Below are positions 54,124 through 61,871 of a stretch of 64,000 nucleotides of DNA, piece by piece. A model generated the notes under the pieces. It did not search any database. It worked only from the letters and a program-made list of their open reading frames with translations, and was not told where the DNA came from. Numbering within the stretch: position 1 is the first letter of the stretch; every line of letters begins with the position of its first letter. The translations under genes were made by a program, and so were the position numbers. The stretch is from an uncultured Candidatus Saccharibacteria bacterium (GTDB lineage Bacteria > Patescibacteriota > Minisyncoccia > Sungbacterales > HO2-52-23). The stretch covers positions 7,248-71,247 of the forward strand of contig CAZCSJ010000001.1 in the NCBI GenBank assembly GCA_964501445.1, read 5' to 3'.

Positions 54124-55425
54124 TTAGAGTTGTTCAAGAAACTCAAACACTTTCTCGTTTGTCAACACGTCTTTAGTATATGCGCGGAGCGCCTCGGGGT
54201 CAAAATCCTTTTTGGCGTTTTCCGCAGAGCGGTAGCGCGCAAGGATTTCGTTTGCCCGCGTCTCTATCTCCTGGGCGGCGGGCTCAATTTTCTCAACCCC
54301 GCCTATTTCGTGGAGTACGAGCGCGATCCGCACGCGTTTCTGGGCGTCTTTCTCCCAGTCGGTTTTGAGGTCTTCCGGCGTTTTCTTTATGTGCGCGAGA
54401 TACTCCTCCCACTTCATCCCCATATCCCCAATGCTCGCGCGGAGCTCGTCTGTCATCTTTTCAATCTCCCGATCAATAAGGATCCTGGGCACCTCCATGG
54501 CGGAAGCGTCGGCAATTGCCTCAAGGGTCAAAGCGCGAATCCGCTGGATTTCTTTTTGTTCTTTTTCCTGCGCGATCCCCTCGGCAACGTTTTTTTTCAA
54601 CGCCGCAACCGAGTCAAAATTCCCGAGGCCTTTTGCGAATTCATCGGTCATTTCAGGCATAGACCGCTCCTGCACCAGATTCATCTTTACGGTGAAGTCA
54701 AGCGATTTCTCCGCATATCCCTTGTCGTGCCAGTCCTTGGGGGCTTGGAGCGAAAATGATTTCTCTTCTCCCGCCTTCATGCCCTCAATCGCATCTTCAA
54801 AACCCGGGAGAAAACGGCCCTTGCCAAGAATAAAAAGGTGGTTTCTGGACTCGCCACCTTCAATTTTGACCCCTCCGTGGCGCGTGTCAAAATCAATGGT
54901 AACCGCGTCGCCCGGAGCCGCGGCGCGGTTGACCGTCACAAGGACTGAGCGCGACTCGCGGATCCACTCAAGGGTTTTTTCCGTTTCCTCATCGCTCACC
55001 GAAACCGCCTGTTTTCCTTTGCCGAGGCGCCGCGCAATCGCTTTGTAGTCAGGCAGTGTTACCTTTGGGAAAAGCGCTGTCTTCACTTTGAATTCAAGGT
55101 CGCTTCCGGGTGCGAGCTTTGTTATGGCGATTTCCGGACGTCCGATCGGCGGGGTTTTGGAAAGCTCACCCGACACAAGTTCCTCCATGAGTTTCGGGTA
55201 GGCCGCGCGTACTGCGAGCTCGGCGCCGCGCTCATAGAGCGCGAATTCGCCCACGCGGTCTTTTACGACGTCGTAGGGCGCTTTGCCCTTGCGAAATCCT
55301 TCAATTACCGTTTCTTCGGAGATCACAATCGCCGCGCGCTTCACGTGCGGTTCAAATTCGGCGTGAGGGACGATAACAGTAATCTCCGCTTCCGAGTGCG
55401 GGAGGAGCGTTACGGAATGATTCAT
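54124..55425 (-). CDS. tig: Trigger factor
   Basis: 433 aa. N-terminal ribosome-binding GFRKGKAP, a central FKBP-like domain and a C-terminal helical domain. Upstream of clpP. Confidence 0.93.
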   Translation of the reverse strand: MNHSVTLLPHSEAEITVIVPHAEFEPHVKRAAIVISEETVIEGFRKGKAPYDVVKDRVGEFALYERGAELAVRAAYPKLMEELVSGELSKTPPIGRPEIAITKLAPGSDLEFKVKTALFPKVTLPDYKAIARRLGKGKQAVSVSDEETEKTLEWIRESRSVLVTVNRAAAPGDAVTIDFDTRHGGVKIEGGESRNHLFILGKGRFLPGFEDAIEGMKAGEEKSFSLQAPKDWHDKGYAEKSLDFTVKMNLVQERSMPEMTDEFAKGLGNFDSVAALKKNVAEGIAQEKEQKEIQRIRALTLEAIADASAMEVPRILIDREIEKMTDELRASIGDMGMKWEEYLAHIKKTPEDLKTDWEKDAQKRVRIALVLHEIGGVEKIEPAAQEIETRANEILARYRSAENAKKDFDPEALRAYTKDVLTNEKVFEFLEQL

Positions 55426-55496
55426 ACGAGAATTATGAATTACGAGTTATGAATTATGGTTTCGTATTGTAATTTTCTTAATTCGTAATTCATACT

Positions 55497-56780
55497 TCAT
55501 AATTCTGGCTCTTTGTCTTTACTCTCTTCGGTGCCTGTAGATTCGGCTACCGCCTCCTCCTCTTCAGACCCTGCCGGAGTTTCCGGTGCGTTGGAACGTA
55601 CATCAATCTTCCAACCGGTAAGGCGCGCGGCAAGGCGCACATTCTGCCCGCCCTTGCCGATCGCAAGCGAGAGCTGGTCTTCGGCAACAATGGCGCGCGC
55701 CTCGCGGCGCTCCTCATTGAGTTCCACATCAAGGACTTTTGCGGGCGAAAGGGCGTGCGACACAAACTCTGCCGCATCTTCGGACCATTCAATAATATCT
55801 ATCTTCTCGCCTCCGAGTTCGTTTATGACGGTGGAGACCCGAATGCCTTTCTGCCCCACGAGCGAACCCACGGGATCCACGCCCTGTTCGTTTGACGCGG
55901 CCGCGACCTTGGCGCGCGACCCGGGTTCGCGCGCGATCGCTTTTATCTCAACCGCCCCGGACGGTATTTCCGGAACTTCAAGCTCAAAGAGTTTTTTCAA
56001 AAGCAGGGGGTGGGAGCGCGAGAGCACGATCCCGGGCCCTCTCGGATTTTTCTCAACCGCCAAAATGAGGGTTTTGATACGGCTGCCGATATGCAGGCGT
56101 TCGTACGAATTCTGCTCTTCGGGAGGGAGGGCGGCAACCGTCCGTCCGATATCCACATAGACCATGCGCCCTTCAATCCGCTGGATGATGCCCGACACCA
56201 GCTCCCCCTCACGGTTTTTATAGTCGTCATAAATCGTCTCGCGTTCAATTTCGCGGATGCGTTGTATAATCACCTGTTTTGCGGTCTGCGCCGCAATCCG
56301 GCCGAAGTCGTCGTGCGACTGGAGCGGAAACTCAAGCTCATCTCCGGTCTTCACCTCGGGGGTGATCGCGCGCGCCTCTTCAATCATGATGTGTTTCTCC
56401 GGATTGAAACGGACTTTCTTCTCACCCGGCTCCTCGCTTTCCTCTTCCCGCTCTCCTTTTTTCCCTTTTTCTTTTTCCTTCTCTTCCTGTTCTTCCGGCG
56501 CAATGCCCGCAAGCCGCCGCGCGCGCTCCTCTTCCTCTGCCTGCACCTCTTCTTCGGATTTAATCATCGTGTCATCCACGACGATTTTAATTTGGCGCAT
56601 TTCCAACGCCCCGGTTTTCGGATCCATCTTCGCACGGATAAGCTGGCCGCGTTTGCCATAGTCACGTTTGTAGGCGGCAGCTAACGCCATCTCTATGGTC
56701 TCAAAAATCTTTTCCTGCGGGATTCCTTTCTCGTCGGCAATCTGCTGGATTGCCTGTGTAAATGTTTTGAGGTCAATCAT
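55497..56780 (-). CDS. nusA: Transcription termination/antitermination factor NusA (with a Glu/Lys-rich insert)
   Basis: 427 aa with NusA N-domain, S1 domain and two KH domains (GQKGIRV.., GKGGQNVRLA). Confidence 0.93.
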   Translation of the reverse strand: MIDLKTFTQAIQQIADEKGIPQEKIFETIEMALAAAYKRDYGKRGQLIRAKMDPKTGALEMRQIKIVVDDTMIKSEEEVQAEEEERARRLAGIAPEEQEEKEKEKGKKGEREEESEEPGEKKVRFNPEKHIMIEEARAITPEVKTGDELEFPLQSHDDFGRIAAQTAKQVIIQRIREIERETIYDDYKNREGELVSGIIQRIEGRMVYVDIGRTVAALPPEEQNSYERLHIGSRIKTLILAVEKNPRGPGIVLSRSHPLLLKKLFELEVPEIPSGAVEIKAIAREPGSRAKVAAASNEQGVDPVGSLVGQKGIRVSTVINELGGEKIDIIEWSEDAAEFVSHALSPAKVLDVELNEERREARAIVAEDQLSLAIGKGGQNVRLAARLTGWKIDVRSNAPETPAGSEEEEAVAESTGTEESKDKEPEL

Positions 56781-56894
56781 ATACGATGGAATTACGAATT
56801 ATGAATTATGGACACGTGAGTAGCAAGAAAGTCCGTTCTACAGAACGGACTTTCTTCATAAATCTATAATAGGATATGCGTCGATCGGTGTCAA

Positions 56895-57572
56895 CTATGC
56901 GTTTGCGAGCTTGAGCACCACCACCTCTGTTTTTCCTTCCGCTTCCACGTCTTTTTTCTTCAACGTAAGCTTTTCCTGCGGCTCCTCCGCCTCCGCCAGC
57001 TGGCGGATTTGGCGGATCCCCGCGCCCATCGCCTTCAAAAACTCATCGGCATTCGCGATGTTGATTGTGAGCCCGGGGATTTTATAGTGCATGGGAATGA
57101 CGAAGCGCGGTTCAATCTGTTTTGTAACCCGGGCCGCTGTCTCGCCGTCAATGGTGTAGACCCCGCCGACCGGCGTCAACAGCACGTGAACCTCGCCTAT
57201 TTCTTCAAGCGTTTCATCACGGAGTTTTTCTTCTCCAAAATCTCCGAGGTGGAGCAGGCGAATTCCCTCCATCTCAATCACATACACGGTGTTCATCCCC
57301 CGCTCCCTGCCCTGCGACTGGTCATGGAAGGTGGAAATCCCATGGACATACACCCCTTTCACTTCGTACTCTCCCGGACCGCGAATCAAAAAGGGGTCGC
57401 CGGCCAGCGCCTCAAGATTGGCGTGGTCATAGTGGCCGTGGGTTGCGAGCGCCACATCCGCGCGAAAACGCGGCGGGGTCAACCCCACCTCCTTTGCATA
57501 CGGGTCAATCACGACCACGAGATCGCCTGACTGGATTTTAAAACACGCGTGCCCGTACCATTGGATAACCAT
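56895..57572 (-). CDS. MBL-fold metallo-hydrolase (UPF0173-like)
   Basis: I place the start at the ATG at 57572 (MVIQWYGHACFKIQ..). HGHYDH motif. The ORF-track N-terminal extension is encoded by a 9-mer tandem repeat. Confidence 0.85.
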   Translation of the reverse strand: MVIQWYGHACFKIQSGDLVVVIDPYAKEVGLTPPRFRADVALATHGHYDHANLEALAGDPFLIRGPGEYEVKGVYVHGISTFHDQSQGRERGMNTVYVIEMEGIRLLHLGDFGEEKLRDETLEEIGEVHVLLTPVGGVYTIDGETAARVTKQIEPRFVIPMHYKIPGLTINIANADEFLKAMGAGIRQIRQLAEAEEPQEKLTLKKKDVEAEGKTEVVVLKLANA

Positions 57573-57619
57573 GAGGTAAGAATAAAGAAGCAAGACCCAA
57601 GAAGCAAGGGCAATACGGA

Positions 57620-57700
57620 GTATCCTCGTATCCATTGTATCCATTGTATCCATTCCCCCCCATGTCAACAATTTTGGACGATCGTCTGAAATTGTTGACA
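57620..57700. repeat. Tandem 9-mer (GTATCCATT x3) plus a 39-bp palindrome in the divergent MBL/rpsA spacer
   Basis: ATGTCAACAATTT-TGGACGATCGTCTG-AAATTGTTGACAT at 57662-57700. It contains TTGACA in both orientations. Confidence 0.85.
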
Positions 57701-57778
57701 TCCCCCAACACCTCACACCCTCACAAAAATTCCTTGCAATCTGTGATGCGGACGGGTATACTACCGAACGCTACTCGT

Positions 57779-58984
57779 ATGTACGAAACATCCAATACCA
57801 CTGCAGTTCCCGTTGCCGCCCCCTCGCGCCAAAACCGCATCATGGAATCGCTCTTAAAGAGCCGGGAAACGCACGGACTTTTTGTGAAGCAGGGAGAGGT
57901 GGTGGAAGGGACGGTCGTGGAAAAACGTGGCTCTTCGCTCTTTGTGGATCTTGGCGCGCGCGGCATGGGGATCGTGTACGGCCGCGAATACTACGCTGCG
58001 CAGGACATCATTAAACGCCTGGCGCCGGGCGATACCGTGAGCGCAAAGGTGGTGGAGCCGGATAATGAAGAGGGGTATGTAGAACTCTCGCTCAAAGAAG
58101 CGGGCGATGAGAAAAAATGGCTCACTCTTCGCCGTTTCATGAATGAGGGCGAGGTGTTGGAACTTCCGATCATGGAGGCAAACCGCGGCGGCTTGATTCT
58201 TGAGGCAGAGGGAGTGCGCGGGTTTCTCCCCGCATCCCAGCTTGCCCCGCAAAATTATCCTCGGGTTGAGGGCGGCGACAAAGAGAAAATTCTTGAGGAA
58301 CTTCAAAAGCTCGTGGGCGAGAAACTGAAAGTGAAAGTGCTTGACGTGAATCCTGTAGAGGCAAAGCTCATTTTCACCGAGCGGCGCCAAGTGTCGGAAG
58401 AAATGAAACAATTCCTCGCCACACACGCGATCGGCGACGCGGTGGAGGGCGAAGTGGTGAGCGTGGTGGATTTTGGCGCGTTTATGAAAATTGCCGAAAC
58501 CGACCTTGAGGGGCTTATCCATATTTCCGAGATTGACTGGAGTTTGATTGAAGACCCGCGGGAGGTACTGAAAACCGGCGACCGCGTGAGGGCAAAAATC
58601 ATTGATGTGCAGGGCGACCGAATTTCGCTCTCGCTAAAACAGCTCAAAGAGGATCCATGGGTTTCGTTCGGCGAGTCCCACAAAAAAGGCGATACGGTCA
58701 CCGGCCGCGTGACAAAAGTGAATACCTTTGGCGCATTTGTAGAATTCGTAAAGGGAGTAAATGGGCTCGCGCATGTGTCGGAGTTCGGCACGGAAACGCG
58801 TATGCGGGAAACCCTCACGCCCGGAAACGAATATCCATTTGTCATTCTCCTTCTTGATCCAAAAGAGCATAAAATGTCGCTCGGGATGCCCGAAAGCAAC
58901 CGCGAGCCGTCCCGAAACGCAGATGGGATCCCGCCCGAGGCACCCGACACCCCCTCCTCATCAAAGAATACGAACGCCGAGTAA
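57779..58984 (+). CDS. rpsA: 30S ribosomal protein S1 (4 S1 domains)
   Basis: Repeated S1 motifs (G..V.G.V......G.FV.L). The start is uncertain, either 57779 or 57842. The ORF-track start 57635 overlaps the repeats. Confidence 0.88.
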   Translation: MYETSNTTAVPVAAPSRQNRIMESLLKSRETHGLFVKQGEVVEGTVVEKRGSSLFVDLGARGMGIVYGREYYAAQDIIKRLAPGDTVSAKVVEPDNEEGYVELSLKEAGDEKKWLTLRRFMNEGEVLELPIMEANRGGLILEAEGVRGFLPASQLAPQNYPRVEGGDKEKILEELQKLVGEKLKVKVLDVNPVEAKLIFTERRQVSEEMKQFLATHAIGDAVEGEVVSVVDFGAFMKIAETDLEGLIHISEIDWSLIEDPREVLKTGDRVRAKIIDVQGDRISLSLKQLKEDPWVSFGESHKKGDTVTGRVTKVNTFGAFVEFVKGVNGLAHVSEFGTETRMRETLTPGNEYPFVILLLDPKEHKMSLGMPESNREPSRNADGIPPEAPDTPSSSKNTNAE

Positions 58985-59029
58985 TCCTTCCCCTCTCTTG
59001 GGGAGCGTCAAACATGCTATACTTTTGGC

Positions 59030-59569
59030 ATGCCCCAAAAGATTATTGATCTCCGAAAGAATGCGGCCGCTTCCCCTGCGGTTTCAGCGCCTCTTCCACG
59101 CGCTCCAAAGATACCCGACGCGATTGAGTGGTCCATACCCGCATTTGAACGCGGGAATCGTGATGTGGCATCACTCGCGTTTCCGGGAATTGCAGCACTC
59201 CTTCTCGTCATCCTTGCGATTTTCATCAAAAGCTACTTTTTTGCCGTGTTTGTCGCGCTTGCCTACGGGGTGCTCTTACTGTATGGTTTCCGTGAGCCGC
59301 GCATGATTTCCTGCCGCATCGCAAAAGAAGGGGTTGCGATTGGCCGGAAGAAGTATGGGTATGGCGATTTTGAATCCTTCTGTCTCTTCACAGGAGGAAC
59401 ACCCCATGAACTCTCCCTTGCCGTAAAAAGCGGATTGCTCCCCTTTATTCGCATGCCGCTTACGAATGTATCTTCGGAGGAGGTGCGCGCGACTCTCCTG
59501 CAATTTCTCCCCGAGAAAGAGCATCAGGAAGCCGCGTCCGACCAAATCGCGCGGACGCTGGGGCTTTAA
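59030..59569 (+). CDS. Two-TM membrane protein, function unknown
   Basis: 179 aa with two adjacent hydrophobic helices and a C-terminal soluble domain. No motif recognised. Confidence 0.6.
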   Translation: MPQKIIDLRKNAAASPAVSAPLPRAPKIPDAIEWSIPAFERGNRDVASLAFPGIAALLLVILAIFIKSYFFAVFVALAYGVLLLYGFREPRMISCRIAKEGVAIGRKKYGYGDFESFCLFTGGTPHELSLAVKSGLLPFIRMPLTNVSSEEVRATLLQFLPEKEHQEAASDQIARTLGL

Positions 59570-59675
59570 TTCTATGTCCTCATAGCCCCGACGCTTCATT
59601 TAAAAAGTTACAATAAAAGAAGTCGGGGTCCCGACCGAAGCGTCGGGACTCAATCGGACCCCGCACTAAAACTAT

Positions 59676-59747
59676 GTCCCCATAGCTCAACGGATAGAGC
59701 GTGAGTTTGCGGAGCTCAAGATCGAGGTTCGATTCCTCGTGGGGACG
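59676..59747 (+). tRNA. tRNA-Arg (anticodon GCG)
   Basis: 72 nt. Acceptor GTCCCCA/TGGGGAC, D arm GCTC/GAGC, anticodon loop TTGCGGA, T arm CGAGG-TTCGATT-CCTCG, G73. Confidence 0.88.
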
Positions 59748-59958
59748 CAAAAAAAGTGTTGGGGTGAAAGTCCTGTCGGGCACGCAATCGAGGAAAATTC
59801 GGAAAAGCAGCGGAGCCGCACCGCTCAAAACCGCCATAGTTCGATAAACTCACGACGAGAAGAACCCGTAGAAAAACAACTCTACTGAGTTTGTCGAAGT
59901 GGGGGAAGAAAATTTTTTAATTATAGAATAAAATTTCAATAATTAGTGCCCTGAACAT

Positions 59959-60615
59959 ATGAATCAAAAAGGTTTTACAAATGTTGTTTTAGTCTTAGTA
60001 ATCTTCTTGGTCGTAGGAGTAATCGGCTATTTTGCTTTTGTAAAAAAGTCAGCTCCGACTGCTCAACAAACACCAACACCTGTTCAAACAGAAACTGTCT
60101 CCCCAACTCCAATACCGGAAGATGGAACGGTGAATTGGAAAACTTACTCGAACAGCAAATATAATTTTTCTCTGAAATATCCAGATGGATGGGCAATTGA
60201 AGAATCTTCACGGGCAGATACAATAGGTAGAGTAATTTCTTTGAGAAGCCCAGAGATTGCACAGTTATTGCAAGAAAGAAAAATTGATTCTGGTTATTCA
60301 TATAACTTGATAATTTCATTTTGGCCAGACATCAATAACGAATACGCCCGTGGCGGTAGTTGGATTGGTCAAAGAAATTACACCAGTTTGGTAGATTATT
60401 TCACTGACAAAAACGCATTGAAGCGAAAGACTGGGAATATAAATGTTGCTGGCCAAAACGCTTACGAAGTAAGTATCGGTGGCGCCGGGCTTAATTATGG
60501 CGTTATGATTGAGCATAATGGAATTTATGAATTATCATTTGAAACGGCTTGGGATAAGTCAAAGCTTGGTCCTGTCGAAAAACAAATTTTGTCTACCTTT
60601 CAATTCTCGAGATAG
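59959..60615 (+). CDS. Membrane-anchored secreted protein (TM, Thr/Pro linker, W.TY.N..Y.FS.KYP domain)
   Basis: 218 aa. AT-rich. This domain pattern is common among uncharacterised small-genome bacterial exoproteins. Confidence 0.7.
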   Translation: MNQKGFTNVVLVLVIFLVVGVIGYFAFVKKSAPTAQQTPTPVQTETVSPTPIPEDGTVNWKTYSNSKYNFSLKYPDGWAIEESSRADTIGRVISLRSPEIAQLLQERKIDSGYSYNLIISFWPDINNEYARGGSWIGQRNYTSLVDYFTDKNALKRKTGNINVAGQNAYEVSIGGAGLNYGVMIEHNGIYELSFETAWDKSKLGPVEKQILSTFQFSR

Positions 60616-60776
60616 TTTGTAAGGATCTGCCACCAAAGAAAAACCTCAGTCGTAGAACGCTACGCATTCACTACGTGACAGGTTTGAAATTGTCGGCGTC
60701 TGTGATCATTTTTTTGGGGGGGGTGCTATCCGCGTGCTATAGCACGTTTTGATTGACAAGGTTATAATCAATCTAT

Positions 60777-60980
60777 ATGCACAGGGACTCTTTTTTTAGA
60801 TTTTACGCCAATTTACCTATCGGGGTTCGGCGCGAGGTTATTTTGGATTTGCCAGAACGAGGCCCTATCACTTGGGAGGTTGCCTATAGGGAAATAAACG
60901 AGGACTCAGAACTGGGCAAGGTAATTCTACAAAAACTTGTTGAGTTGGAATTTATTCCTGTTGGAGATAAGCGAAAATAA
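60777..60980 (+). CDS. Hypothetical 67-aa protein (first gene of the islet operon)
   Basis: The ATG lies 8 nt downstream of a TATAAT box. 2-nt gap to the next ORF. No motif recognised. Confidence 0.55.
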   Translation: MHRDSFFRFYANLPIGVRREVILDLPERGPITWEVAYREINEDSELGKVILQKLVELEFIPVGDKRK

Positions 60981-60982
60981 TC

Positions 60983-61243
60983 ATGGAAGAAAAAAACGAA
61001 GCTCAAACCATTTCTGATTCTGAGGATATAATAAACCTCGTAATAGCGAGGTTAAAGACCATTCCCTCAAATGTTGAATTGTCGATAGGAAACGAGGGCA
61101 GTTTTTCCATTGATGAGTTAATAGAAAGAGTCAAAAAGCAAGATAACATTGGTAGGAAAATGATAGAGATGCAACTGGCGTATTTACGTTCACTCGGTAA
61201 CTTACCTACTCAAGAATTACAAAATGCTCCTGCTATTAACTAG
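60983..61243 (+). CDS. Hypothetical 86-aa acidic protein
   Basis: Tightly coupled to both neighbours. No motif recognised. Confidence 0.55.
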   Translation: MEEKNEAQTISDSEDIINLVIARLKTIPSNVELSIGNEGSFSIDELIERVKKQDNIGRKMIEMQLAYLRSLGNLPTQELQNAPAIN

Positions 61244-61838
61244 GCCACGATACGACAGACCAACGCATTACCTGTTCTATTGGGCAGGTCTTTTAATTGA
61301 TGAAGCAAAGAAGAGAGGTATTGAGGTCATAGATTTAGACAAAAGCAAAGCAAAAAAGAAGAAACTACACAGCTATTTAGCAAAACAACCCATTGATGTT
61401 GTTATTTTGAATGGGCACGGAAATCAAGAAGCAGTTGCTGGTCAAGAAGAAATTATTCTTTCAATTGGAAACGGCACTGATCTCCTTAAAAATAAAACGG
61501 TGTTCGTAAGAGCGTGCGATGCGGGGGTGATATTGGGTAAAGAAATAATGAGAAATGGCGCAAAGGGTTTTATCGGCTACATTCAACCATTTATGTTTTT
61601 GATAGACAAAGATTCCCTCAATAAACCGCTTGAGGATGAATTGGCGGCCCCAGTTCTTGAGTGCTCAAATCAAGTCGGAACCTCTTTAATTAAAGGAAAA
61701 TCGGCAACAGAAGCACAAAAAGACAGTATCGATAAATACGCAAAAATGATTGATGGGTTTTCTTCAAGCGAGGCAACCAACTCTTTTTTGTTACCGATCC
61801 TGTTGTGGAATATGACGAGTCAGGTTTGCTACATCTGA
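61224..61838 (+). CDS. Minimal caspase-like (clan CD His/Cys dyad) protein
   Basis: 204 aa. DVVILNGHGN (His65) and KTVFVRACDAG (Cys98), each following a hydrophobic strand, as in caspase, CHAT and gingipain cores. Confidence 0.6.
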   Translation: MLLLLTRPRYDRPTHYLFYWAGLLIDEAKKRGIEVIDLDKSKAKKKKLHSYLAKQPIDVVILNGHGNQEAVAGQEEIILSIGNGTDLLKNKTVFVRACDAGVILGKEIMRNGAKGFIGYIQPFMFLIDKDSLNKPLEDELAAPVLECSNQVGTSLIKGKSATEAQKDSIDKYAKMIDGFSSSEATNSFLLPILLWNMTSQVCYI

Positions 61839-61871
61839 ACTTGTCTAAATGAGGAGGCATCTCTCTTTTTT

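Noticed and set aside
56895-57716. N-terminal extensions of ORF-track models (MBL hydrolase to 57716, rpsA from 57635, tmk to 16003, gatA to 30270, pilB to 42482, pilN to 44086, gpmI from 49744)
   Set aside because: The extensions are encoded by intergenic repeats or hairpins, and the conserved N-termini begin at internal start codons.
57854-58950. Minus-strand ORFs of 222 and 215 aa inside rpsA
   Set aside because: These are antisense shadows of the S1 gene, with no motifs and biased composition.
59748-61871. Prophage or integrative element at tRNA-Arg
   Set aside because: There is no integrase, recombinase or phage gene and no att-like duplication of the tRNA 3-prime end. It is reported only as a compositional islet.
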